64,000 nt of DNA, from contig JAHECW010000003.1 in the NCBI GenBank assembly GCA_024641545.1, positions 1,951 through 65,950 on the forward strand. The letters are read 5' to 3'. The DNA is from Acidobacteriota bacterium. GTDB lineage: Bacteria > Acidobacteriota > Thermoanaerobaculia > Thermoanaerobaculales > Sulfomarinibacteraceae. Position 1 is the stretch's first letter. Every line of letters starts with the position of its first letter. A model generated the notes under the pieces. That model was not told where the DNA came from and made no database searches. It worked only from the letters and a program-made list of their open reading frames with translations. Made by a program: the position numbers and the translations under genes. Shown here in pieces: positions 22,322 through 31,254 of the stretch.

Positions 22322-24791
22322 GAGGGGTCGTCTCGCGCTTGCGTTCATTCTCGGCGCCGTCGGTGTCATCGCCGGCTGCGGCGGCGGTTCCCGGGGTTTC
22401 TCCGAGCACACCGGAGAGCCCGGAAAGGGGCGGGTCCTCGTCGATCTGATCGACCGGGCGCGCTCGGCCGAGGTGATGGAAGAGATCACAGCGGTGGATT
22501 TCTCATCGCCGGTGGCGGCCTCGGCCCTGATCTCGGGTTGGGATCGTCCCGAGGGTCTTCAGGCGACCGGGGAAGGCTTCGCCTGGACCGTCGCTGAGAC
22601 CGCGGTGCTCGAGTTCAACCTCTTCGACACCGACCTCGATCGACTGGAGCTGAGCGCCCGCACGCTTGATCGGAAAGAGGGTCCTCCCCAGATCGTCACC
22701 GTGACGCTGAACGGGCGAGACCTCGGCCGGATCACGCTCGACGCCCGGTTCTCCGACCATTCCCTGACGGTTCCCCGGCGCCTGCTGGCGGTGGGAACCA
22801 ACCGGCTCGAGCTCCGGTGTGCGTGGATCGGCCGTCCCGCCGACCTGCTGCCGGACTCCAGCGATCGGCGCAGCCTGGGAGCGGCGTTCCGGCGGGTCGC
22901 ATTCGCCACCGAGTCGACGAAGACCTCCGGCGGTGGAGAGGTTCCTCGACCAGTGGTCGAGGGCGACCGGCTTATTCTCGCGCCCGGCTCGGGACTCCGT
23001 TACCGTTTCACCGCGCCCGAGGACGGTTTCCTCGAGCTGAAGATCGTCGATCCGGGTCCGGGTGAGCCGGTGTCACGGGCGTTGGTCTGGGTTGCCGAAC
23101 CGGGCCGGCCGGCGGCGGACTCGTTCTTCCTCGAGCCCGCGGGTGAAACCGGCGATGCGACGAGATGGACCATCAACTGGCCGGCCGGCAAGCCCGTTGA
23201 ACTCGGCCTCGCGGCTGTCGGGGAGGGCGGTCCCGAGACCGGGTTCGCCGTCGTCCGAGGGAGCGTGCGGGGCGAATCGGGCGGCGACGAGGGCATGCCG
23301 AACGTGCTGCTCATCGTGGTCGACACGCTGCGCGCCGACTACCTCGGTGTCTACGGCGCCGATCTCCACACGCCGACTGTGGATGGGCTCGCGGCCCGGG
23401 GAGTACTTTTCAGGCATGCGCGCTCGCACATTCCCATTACCGGCCCCAGCCACGCCTCGCTCTTCACATCGTTGCTGCCCATGGAGACCGGGGTCCACAA
23501 CAACGCCCAGCATCTCGCCGGAAACCTGCCGACTCTCGCCGAGTCCATGCGACTTTCTGGTCGTCGCACCGCCGCGGTGATCAGCCTCGGCGTGCTCCAA
23601 CGCGACTTCGGCTTTGATCGCGGTTTTGATCACTATGGCGACGACTTTCCCCGCGACTGGATGAAAGACGCGGTCGAGGTCACCGACGAGGCGCTCGCGG
23701 TCGCCGCCGATCAGCTGACCGATCCATTCTTCCTCTGGGTCCACTACTCCGACCCGCACGAGCCGTACGCGCCGCTCGGGGCAGAGTACCCGACCTTCGA
23801 CCTGCGGCTCGCCGGAGAGTCGATCGGAACCATGGACGCCTGCGGGCGCGGCTTCTGGTTCGATGTCGTGGTTCCTCCCGGTGAGAGCACCTTCGAATTC
23901 GTGCCCGTCGACCGCGATCCCGACCGGATCTTCCGGGTCGACAGTCTGAGGTTCCATCACGAGATGATCGACTCCGAGCCCCTCGACGGTTGGGAGGTGA
24001 TCCGTCGCCGGATGGGGAGAACCATGCTCCAGTCGTCCTTCCCGGCGACAATCCGCGTCACCAACCGTTCCGGCGCTCCGGTCGAGACCAGGCTGCTGGT
24101 GTCGGTCAAGGAGTTCCTGAGCAAACCGGAGATCCGGCGGAACTACGGCAGAGAGGTCGAGATCGCCGACCGGGAGATCGGCCGGTTGCTGGCCGAGCTC
24201 GGGGAGCGGGGATTGCTGCGCAACACCCTGGTGGTCTACGTTGCGGATCACGGCGAGGCTCTCGGGAACCACAACCAGATCGGGCACGTCAGCCAGCTCT
24301 ACGACACCTTGCTCCACGTGCCGCTGATAATGGTCTGGCCCGGACGACTGCCGGCGGGGTTGGCGGTCGATGACCCGGTGGGTCTGGTCGATGTCTTTCC
24401 CACCTTGGCCGATCTGCTCGGAATCGAGGCGCCGGCGGCCCCGTCGGGCGTCAGCCTCGTCCCCCTCATGCGGGGCGAGCAGCTTCCTGCCCGACCGTTC
24501 ATCGCAGCGACCTACCGGCCGGAGGCCGGATCGGACATCCGGGCCATCCTCATCGACGGTTTCAAGTACATCCACTCGTGGCGGGACGACAAGCACCGGG
24601 AGGAACTCTACGATGTGGTCAAGGACCCGGGCGAGCTCGATAACCTCGCGAAAGAGAACCCCGAGATGCTTGAAGCACTCCGCGCAGAGCTCGCTCGGCG
24701 GCTCGCCGAGATCGCCGAGAGATCGCCCGTCGAGGCGGAACTCAGCGTGGAGGACCGCGACAACCTCGAGGCGCTGGGATACGTCCACTGA
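22320..24791 (+). CDS. sulfatase-like (alkaline phosphatase superfamily) lipoprotein with Thr/His variant active-site motif
   Basis: Start at MRGRLALAFILGAVGVIAGC (lipobox). LLIVVDTLRADYLGVYG...SHIPITGPSHASLFTS...VADHGEALGNH is sulfatase-fold collinear, but C/S-x-P-x-R reads T-G-P-S-H. A large N-terminal beta-rich domain is present. The C-terminus is EDRDNLEALGYVH. Confidence 0.8.
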   Translation: MRGRLALAFILGAVGVIAGCGGGSRGFSEHTGEPGKGRVLVDLIDRARSAEVMEEITAVDFSSPVAASALISGWDRPEGLQATGEGFAWTVAETAVLEFNLFDTDLDRLELSARTLDRKEGPPQIVTVTLNGRDLGRITLDARFSDHSLTVPRRLLAVGTNRLELRCAWIGRPADLLPDSSDRRSLGAAFRRVAFATESTKTSGGGEVPRPVVEGDRLILAPGSGLRYRFTAPEDGFLELKIVDPGPGEPVSRALVWVAEPGRPAADSFFLEPAGETGDATRWTINWPAGKPVELGLAAVGEGGPETGFAVVRGSVRGESGGDEGMPNVLLIVVDTLRADYLGVYGADLHTPTVDGLAARGVLFRHARSHIPITGPSHASLFTSLLPMETGVHNNAQHLAGNLPTLAESMRLSGRRTAAVISLGVLQRDFGFDRGFDHYGDDFPRDWMKDAVEVTDEALAVAADQLTDPFFLWVHYSDPHEPYAPLGAEYPTFDLRLAGESIGTMDACGRGFWFDVVVPPGESTFEFVPVDRDPDRIFRVDSLRFHHEMIDSEPLDGWEVIRRRMGRTMLQSSFPATIRVTNRSGAPVETRLLVSVKEFLSKPEIRRNYGREVEIADREIGRLLAELGERGLLRNTLVVYVADHGEALGNHNQIGHVSQLYDTLLHVPLIMVWPGRLPAGLAVDDPVGLVDVFPTLADLLGIEAPAAPSGVSLVPLMRGEQLPARPFIAATYRPEAGSDIRAILIDGFKYIHSWRDDKHREELYDVVKDPGELDNLAKENPEMLEALRAELARRLAEIAERSPVEAELSVEDRDNLEALGYVH

Positions 24792-24821
24792 TTTTGTCGA
24801 CGAGCGTGCTATTCTCCGCTC

Positions 24822-25307
24822 ATGGCGCGCGCCGAGAAGATCACCCTGAAGGTCAACGGTGAGCCGCACTCGCTGACCATCGACCCCGGTGAGCCTCTGC
24901 TGTGGGTCCTGCGCGACCAGCTCAAGCTGACCGGGACGAAATTCGGCTGCGGCGAAGGAGAGTGCGGCGCCTGTTCGGTGCTCATCAACGGTGAGGTCTT
25001 CCGATCGTGCATGGTGACGGTCGGTGAGCTGGCGGCGGATGACCAAATCGTCACCATCGAGGGTCTCGGCCGACCGGGGAATCTGAGCGAGCTGCAACGC
25101 GCGTTTGTCGACCACACCGCCTTCGGTTGCGGCTACTGCACCCCGGGGATGATCGTCACCGCCGAGGCCTTGCTGCGGTCGAACCCGCACCCGAGCCGGG
25201 ACGAGATCGTCAGCGCCATGGACGACAATCTCTGCCGCTGTGCGTCCTACCCAGCCATCGTCGAGGCCGTCGCGAGCGTCGCCGGCGGTGTGAAACGGGA
25301 GGACTGA
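24822..25307 (+). CDS. (2Fe-2S)-binding small subunit of a xanthine-dehydrogenase-family oxidoreductase
   Basis: 161 aa with CGEGECGACSV and CGYCTPG...CRC cluster motifs. Confidence 0.9.
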   Translation: MARAEKITLKVNGEPHSLTIDPGEPLLWVLRDQLKLTGTKFGCGEGECGACSVLINGEVFRSCMVTVGELAADDQIVTIEGLGRPGNLSELQRAFVDHTAFGCGYCTPGMIVTAEALLRSNPHPSRDEIVSAMDDNLCRCASYPAIVEAVASVAGGVKRED

Positions 25308-27434
25308 GTGCCCCTGAACCGGCGGACCTTCCTCGAACTGCTCGGCGGCAGCACCGCATACGCATTCACCTTCTCCTGTTCGGATGGCACGGGCACGGTT
25401 GACGAGGCCCCGGTGGAGGCCGATGCCGGAGTCATCGCCAATCACGCGGTGCGCTACTTCGTCGACTACACCGAGTGGCTCTTCATCCACGCCGACGGGT
25501 CGGTGACCGCCCACGCCGGCCGGGTCGACATGGGCCAGGGTCTCAAGACCGTGCTCAGCAACCTCATCAGCCAGGGCCTCCAGCTTCCGCCCGAGAAGGT
25601 CGAGCTGGTGCTCGGCGACACCTCGAGCTGCCCCGACGACGGCCCCACCGAGGGCAGCAACGCGACCCGGATCGTCGGTTGGGGCTACTGGCGGGCGTGC
25701 GAGCGCATCCGTGACCACCTGGTCGAGCGGGCCGCCGGGATCCTCGGCGTCTCGCCGAAGAAGCTGGTTTATCGGGACGGCGCGATCGTGGCGAAAAACG
25801 ACCCGACGGTGCGGCTGGCCATCGGTGAGCTCGCCGACGGCACGGTCCACCTCGACACCATCGAGCCCCGCGCCTGGTATTCGAGTTCGACGCCGTATGT
25901 CGATCGCGGGACGCCGAGCGTCAACGGCGAGGCGATCGTCACCGGAACCCTGGTCTACACCGGTGACTTCGATCCCGGTGACTGCTGCTACGGCGCCTTT
26001 GCCTCGTCGCAGTACCACATCCAACTGACCGAGATCGAGGCCGCGGACTTCGCCGCCGCCGCAGCGGTCCCGGGAGTCGTGAAAGTGGAGCGTACCGGGG
26101 CATCGGCGATGGCGGTGGGGGAGAGTTTCACTTCCGTCCAGCGCGCCCTGAAGGCGCTCGCGCCGCGGTGGCGGATTCCGGAAAGGGATCGGATCCTCGA
26201 TGTCGAGGGCGAGATTCGCCGGGGGGCCGAGCTCCGGAAGACCGTCGAAGAGGCCGGTGATCCCGAGCGCAAGCTCGGTTCGAGCCCGGTCAGGATCAGT
26301 GAAACCTACATCACCCAATACGCCTCCCAGGTGCCCATGGAAACCGAGACCGCCGTCGCCGAGGTCGAGGGCGACCGCGCGACGGTGTGGGCGAGCACCC
26401 AGGCGCCCTTCAAGGCGCGGGTGCGGGTGGCGAAGAGGCTCAAGATCCCCGAGGAGAACGTCCGCATCATCGCCATGCCGGTGGGCGGCGCCTTCGGCGT
26501 CAAGGTGGACACCCCGGCGCCCGACGAGGCGGCGTTGCTCGCCCGGAAGACCGGTCGACGGGTCAAACACGTCTACACCCGCGAGTATCAGTTCAACGGC
26601 CGGGCGCGTTACAAGGAGGCCGTGGTCGCCGACATCACCAGCGGCGTCACCGAGAACGGACGGCTGGTGGCGCGGACGATCGATCTCTACCAGGACGAGG
26701 GTTTCGGAAGCGCTGATACCTATGACATTCCCCACGTCCGGACCCGGCTCTTTTCGTCGCCGATGCCGGCGAGGCACGGCACCATGCGCGGCACCAGCTT
26801 TGTCCAGACCTGTTTTGCGGTCGAGAGCCACACCGATGTCCTCGCCGAGGCCCTCGGGATCGATCCGCTCGAGTTCCGGAAAAGGAACCTGGCGGTCGCC
26901 TCGTTCGGGCCGCTCCTCGATGCCGTCGCGGAGATGATCGGTTATCAACGCGCGCCGGACGGCGACCACGGCATCGGCGTCGCCATCTGCCACCACGGAG
27001 GGCGGCAGTTGGGCGCGGTCGCCGCCGAGGTTTCGGTGGACAGGACTTCCGGGGTGGTGCGGGTCGAGCGGCTCGCCGGCGCCTTCGACATCGGGCTCGT
27101 CATCAACCTCAACACCCTCACCGCCAACACCAAGGGCGCCATGCTCTGGGGGCTCGGTTTCGCGCTCTTCGAGGAGGTCCGCGTCGACGGCCACCAAAGT
27201 TTCACGCGGGGTTTGAGCGACTACCGGATTCCGCGGTTTTCCGACGTGCCTCCCATGGAAATCGCCTTTCTTTCCAACGAAACCAAAGACGGATGGCCGA
27301 GGGGTTGCGGCGAGCTGCCGGTGATCCCCACCGTGAGCGCCATCGCCAATGCGGTTGCACGGGCCATCGGGGTGAGGTTCCACACCCTGCCGTTGACGCC
27401 GGAGCGGGTGCTCGAGGGTCTGCGGGAGAGCTGA
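25308..27434 (+). CDS. molybdopterin-binding large subunit (IorB/aldehyde-oxidase-like), Tat signal
   Basis: 708 aa. GTG start abuts the previous stop (TGAGTG). Twin-arginine leader NRRTFLELLGG. Collinear with isoquinoline 1-oxidoreductase beta-type subunits. Confidence 0.85.
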   Translation: MPLNRRTFLELLGGSTAYAFTFSCSDGTGTVDEAPVEADAGVIANHAVRYFVDYTEWLFIHADGSVTAHAGRVDMGQGLKTVLSNLISQGLQLPPEKVELVLGDTSSCPDDGPTEGSNATRIVGWGYWRACERIRDHLVERAAGILGVSPKKLVYRDGAIVAKNDPTVRLAIGELADGTVHLDTIEPRAWYSSSTPYVDRGTPSVNGEAIVTGTLVYTGDFDPGDCCYGAFASSQYHIQLTEIEAADFAAAAAVPGVVKVERTGASAMAVGESFTSVQRALKALAPRWRIPERDRILDVEGEIRRGAELRKTVEEAGDPERKLGSSPVRISETYITQYASQVPMETETAVAEVEGDRATVWASTQAPFKARVRVAKRLKIPEENVRIIAMPVGGAFGVKVDTPAPDEAALLARKTGRRVKHVYTREYQFNGRARYKEAVVADITSGVTENGRLVARTIDLYQDEGFGSADTYDIPHVRTRLFSSPMPARHGTMRGTSFVQTCFAVESHTDVLAEALGIDPLEFRKRNLAVASFGPLLDAVAEMIGYQRAPDGDHGIGVAICHHGGRQLGAVAAEVSVDRTSGVVRVERLAGAFDIGLVINLNTLTANTKGAMLWGLGFALFEEVRVDGHQSFTRGLSDYRIPRFSDVPPMEIAFLSNETKDGWPRGCGELPVIPTVSAIANAVARAIGVRFHTLPLTPERVLEGLRES

Positions 27435-27505
27435 CCCGGCGGTGGCCTCCAGCCGGCATCCGGGCCGGAGTTGAGGATTCCCCGCTGGACGATTGGGATC
27501 GGCGA

Positions 27506-29215
27506 TCAGTGATGACTGATCGCAACCGTGAGCACGAACACCGCTCCGCCGCCCTCCGCGTCAGCAAGCTCGAGATCCCCGCCCTGGGCCCGGGCGAGCG
27601 AGCGCGCGAGAGCGAGCCCGAGACCGAGGCCGGCGGGGGCGTTGTCGTCGTCGGGCCGCTGGAAGGCCTTGAAGAGCGATCGTCGCTCGGAGTGGGGTAT
27701 GCCGGGCCCGTTGTCTCTGACGGCGATCGTGACGCTGTCGGGCGCCGCGCGAACCGTCACCTCCGCCCGCCGATCGGGCTGCGCCCTGGTGTACTTCTCG
27801 GCGTTGTCGAGAAGGTTGTCGAGGATCTGGCAGAGGGCGTCGAAATCGAAGTCGGCGGTCGGCAGATCATCCTCGATGTCGGTGGTGATGCTCAGCCCCG
27901 CGTCGCCGAGGCCCGACTGGATCCGGTCGATGCAGCGGGTCACGGCTGCGCCGATGTCGCCGGGTTGCGGGCTCGCGATCTGCGCCCCGCGCTCGAGCCG
28001 AGCGAGGTCGAGCATGTTCGAGACCACTCTCCCGAGGCGGCCGGACTCCGAGGCCACCCTCGCGGCGTAGACCTTGGACTGCTCGGGTCTGCCGAGGCCC
28101 TCGCTGAGCATCTCGCTGTAGAGCCGCAGGCTGGCCAGGGGGGTCTTGAGCTCGTGCGCCGCGGCGGCGGCGAAACGTCCCCGTTGGCGCGCGAGTCGAT
28201 CGGTCTGGAAGAAGACGACCATGACGGCGAGGGCGGAGAACAGGACCGCGATCGCGCCGAGCGCGAAGATCCGGCGGAACTCGATGATGCCCCGCCGTCC
28301 GTCGGCCCGCGCCCGTTCGACGAGCGGGGTCGCGTCGGCGCTGAGCCACCAACCGGTGTCCGAGACCGGGGAAGAGAGCCGATCGGAAGGCAGCATGGCC
28401 GACGGTGTGAAATGCACCTCGGTCCCGTTGTCGGACCCGAGCCACTGCTCGACGCCGGAAGGGGCGACCACAAAACCCTGAATCCTGATCCCCAGGGGGG
28501 TTTCGACCTCTCGCAGTGCGGCGAGGGTCGGGCCGCTGCCGAAGACCATGGTGTGCCACCTCAGCGGGCCGACCCGGATGACGACCTGACCGGGATTCCC
28601 ATCGAGAGGTTTTCGCGGTGTCTCGCCCCGCCCGGTGATCGCGGCATAGACCTGGTCGGCGTCTCGGATCTGCTCCCACTCCGAGAGGCGGAGAACGAAC
28701 AACTCGCCTTCGAAGTACCCGCCGTCGTATCCTCCGGGGTTGTTGAGGCCCATCTCCATCGCGCTCTGCAGCTCGGCGAGGAGCGAGCAGAATCGGGTGA
28801 AATTCTCGCTCGACGAGAGCTCCGGGAAGCGCTCGTTCACCATGGGGAGGGTCACAACCCCGTTCTCGTTGAGCTGGAAGTGGGCCCAGACAAGCGGGTC
28901 GGAGACCCCCTGGGCCAACGGCGACGGCGTGACGGCGAGACCCTCCGCGGCGCCTCCCGGGTCGTGGGTGATGCTCTGGTAGTGGAAGAACGGCCGTACG
29001 CTCTCGTCGGCGCGAAGGCGTTCGAGACGAGAGGCGAGCCGGGCGGAGTCGCGGTGAAGGGCGCTCTGAAGATCGTCGACAACGGTGGTTTCCAACAGCC
29101 GTGCGCGGCGGTTGGCCTCGCTGGCGCCGGTGAGGTACCAGGCGGTGGTCGGGAGGATCACCGCGATCGCGAGGGCCAGGGCGGCGAGGGTCGTACGTCG
29201 ACGGGACGAGGTCAT
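27506..29215 (-). CDS. sensor histidine kinase (HisKA + HATPase_c) with large periplasmic domain
   Basis: 569 aa. Two TM segments flank about 300 aa. H-box AAAAHELKTPLASL, N-box LDNLLDNAEKY, G-boxes DNGPGI and GLGLGLA. Confidence 0.9.
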   Translation of the reverse strand: MTSSRRRTTLAALALAIAVILPTTAWYLTGASEANRRARLLETTVVDDLQSALHRDSARLASRLERLRADESVRPFFHYQSITHDPGGAAEGLAVTPSPLAQGVSDPLVWAHFQLNENGVVTLPMVNERFPELSSSENFTRFCSLLAELQSAMEMGLNNPGGYDGGYFEGELFVLRLSEWEQIRDADQVYAAITGRGETPRKPLDGNPGQVVIRVGPLRWHTMVFGSGPTLAALREVETPLGIRIQGFVVAPSGVEQWLGSDNGTEVHFTPSAMLPSDRLSSPVSDTGWWLSADATPLVERARADGRRGIIEFRRIFALGAIAVLFSALAVMVVFFQTDRLARQRGRFAAAAAHELKTPLASLRLYSEMLSEGLGRPEQSKVYAARVASESGRLGRVVSNMLDLARLERGAQIASPQPGDIGAAVTRCIDRIQSGLGDAGLSITTDIEDDLPTADFDFDALCQILDNLLDNAEKYTRAQPDRRAEVTVRAAPDSVTIAVRDNGPGIPHSERRSLFKAFQRPDDDNAPAGLGLGLALARSLARAQGGDLELADAEGGGAVFVLTVAISHH

Positions 29216-29228
29216 GGAAAGTGAGTTC

Positions 29229-29909
29229 TCAGTCTTCGCCCCAGGCGTAGCCCGCGCCCGTGACGGTGACCACGATCCTGGGGGCGGTCGGGTCGCGTTC
29301 GATCTTCTGCCGGAGCTTGGCGACGGTCATGTCCACGGTTCGGGTCTGGAGATCGCCGCTGGTTCCCCAGACCCGCTCCAGGAGCTCGGATCTCGACACC
29401 GCTCGGTTCTGGTGGCGATGGAGCCAACGCAGAATCCCGACCTCGCGAGCGGTGAGGTGGGTCATGTCGCCGTTGCGGATGGCGTGGTGGCGGCCGAGAT
29501 CCATGGTGCAGCCGTCGAGCTCGAGAATTTCGCGCTCGGCCGGGGCCGAGGAAGCCCGGCGAGCGAAGACCTCGATTCTGGCGAGCAACTCACGGACGCC
29601 GAAGGGCTTGGTGACATAGTCGTCGGCGCCGGCGGCAAATCCGGCGACCTTCTCGTCCTCGGAGCCCCGCGCGGTCAGCATCAGGATCGGGAGGGAGGGG
29701 CGGGACTGACGGAGGCGCCGACAGACCTCGATTCCGTCCATCTGCGGCAGCATCAGGTCGAGCAGCACCAGATCAAAGGTCTCGGAGATGCCGGTCTCGA
29801 CGGCGGTTCGGCCGTCTCCCACCGCGGTCACATCGTGGTCCGCAGCGGACAGCAGGTCCACCAGGCCTTCGCGGAGTCGGTGCTCGTCTTCAACAACCAG
29901 GATTCTCAT
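29229..29909 (-). CDS. OmpR-family response regulator
   Basis: MRILVVEDE receiver (DLVLLDLMLP) plus a winged-helix C-terminus (TVDMTVAKLRQKIE). It lies 13 nt upstream of the kinase. Confidence 0.9.
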   Translation of the reverse strand: MRILVVEDEHRLREGLVDLLSAADHDVTAVGDGRTAVETGISETFDLVLLDLMLPQMDGIEVCRRLRQSRPSLPILMLTARGSEDEKVAGFAAGADDYVTKPFGVRELLARIEVFARRASSAPAEREILELDGCTMDLGRHHAIRNGDMTHLTAREVGILRWLHRHQNRAVSRSELLERVWGTSGDLQTRTVDMTVAKLRQKIERDPTAPRIVVTVTGAGYAWGED

Positions 29910-30108
29910 TGTCCTACCCGTACTCAGCATAGCCGAGCCGTGCCCAACTGGGTATCACGATGCGGTAAATCGTTGTCAGGTTGCGAGTTCGATCCGGGCT
30001 CGCGGTCCGCCGCCCGGCGATCCCGGCGGGTGTTCTCACATCGCCCCGGTCCGATGGCCCTGTCCCTCTGGGAATGGGCACGATCTTCGCTTATTGTACA
30101 AAGCGGAA

Positions 30109-31191
30109 ATGGTGAGTCTCGGGAAGAAGCTGGGTGCGGTTCTGGCGGCGGCGGTCGCCCTGGCGGGCTGCGCCACCTCGGCGGTGGACTATGTCGGCTT
30201 TGCCTATTACTTCGATGGCCCGGAGGCCGCCCTCGAACTCCTCGACGAAGGAGATGTCTTCCCCGAGGACCGGGCTCTCGCCGAGGTTGAAAGGGCCGTC
30301 GCACTCCTCGAAGTCGGTCGCTACGAAGAGAGTGTGGCGGCCCTCTCCCGGGCCGAACTCGTGCTCGCAAACCAAAGGACCGTCGACCCGAAAACGCCGC
30401 CGTGGCAGCCCGAGTATCACGAGCGGGTGATGATCGCGACGATGAAGATCGCCGATGCGCTGGCGATACAGGACCTGGCGAACGCGGCGATCTGGGCCGA
30501 CGACGCCGTGGCCGCCGCCGCCGAGGTCGACTGCGAGCCGTGCCGATTCAGCTTCACCCGGGTTCTCGCCGCCATGGCCTTTTCCGGCGCCGGTCGTTTC
30601 GACGACGGTCTCGAGGTGCTTTCGGAGGTGGATTTGGCCGGGCGCGGCGGGGAGCTGGTCGAGGCCCTTCGGGAACGACTGAGTCGAGGCGCTCCCGGAA
30701 CCCAGCCCGAGGGTCTGGCGCCGCCGCCGGTCGAGCCCGAACGAAGCCTGACGGTGATCCTGCTCCTCGGCCGCGGGCCCTACAAGGACTACGACCGGTT
30801 GCCGATCACACGGTCGGAGACCATCCGCTGGACCCGCTACCTGCCCCGGGATCCGCAGGCGGTGACCTGGGCGTCGGCGGAGCTCGAGGATCCTGCGATC
30901 TCCGTCGAGCTCACCGATGTCGAGGAGCTCGCCGTCGCGGGCCTCCGTCTGCGGGCGGACCGGGTCGTGATGGCGGGCGGCGCCGGGGCCGGACCGAACC
31001 CCGGTGATCTGCGCCACTGGTCGAGCCTTCCCGCGAGCCTCCAGATCATGACCTTCGAGGTCCCGATGTGGATCGACAGCATCGATCTGGTCTACTACTC
31101 GCCGGACGGGTTCGAGGTCGACCGGGAGAACCTCCAGCTGCCGGAAACCTGGACCGGCGGACCGCTCTACGTCACGCGAAGGATGCCGTGA
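30109..31191 (+). CDS. hypothetical lipoprotein
   Basis: Start at MVSLGKKLGAVLAAAVALAGC (lipobox), 360 aa, with a TPR-like N-terminal helix pair. No family recognised. Confidence 0.65.
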   Translation: MVSLGKKLGAVLAAAVALAGCATSAVDYVGFAYYFDGPEAALELLDEGDVFPEDRALAEVERAVALLEVGRYEESVAALSRAELVLANQRTVDPKTPPWQPEYHERVMIATMKIADALAIQDLANAAIWADDAVAAAAEVDCEPCRFSFTRVLAAMAFSGAGRFDDGLEVLSEVDLAGRGGELVEALRERLSRGAPGTQPEGLAPPPVEPERSLTVILLLGRGPYKDYDRLPITRSETIRWTRYLPRDPQAVTWASAELEDPAISVELTDVEELAVAGLRLRADRVVMAGGAGAGPNPGDLRHWSSLPASLQIMTFEVPMWIDSIDLVYYSPDGFEVDRENLQLPETWTGGPLYVTRRMP

Positions 31192-31226
31192 CCAACGACG
31201 CCGGGCGCCCCACGACTCGACGGCCG

Positions 31227-31254
31227 CCAGTCACCAGTCACCAGTCACCAATCA
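31227..31254. repeat. (CAGTCACC)3 word array
   Basis: CCAGTCACCAGTCACCAGTCACCAATCA lies between convergent stops at 31191 and 31252. Confidence 0.8.

Noticed and set aside
23073-27383. 1436-aa ORF on the minus strand
   Set aside because: It runs antisense across three well-supported plus-strand genes (sulfatase-like, 2Fe-2S and molybdopterin subunits). Its composition is Arg/Gly/Asp/His/Pro-rich with no motif. This is a typical stop-poor shadow frame of a high-GC genome.
29975-30005. tRNA-like or terminator hairpin GCGAG-TTCGATCCGGG-CTCGC
   Set aside because: The 11-nt loop and lack of other arms exclude a tRNA. No U-tract follows. It lies in the divergent promoter region of the OmpR-type regulator and is left uncalled.
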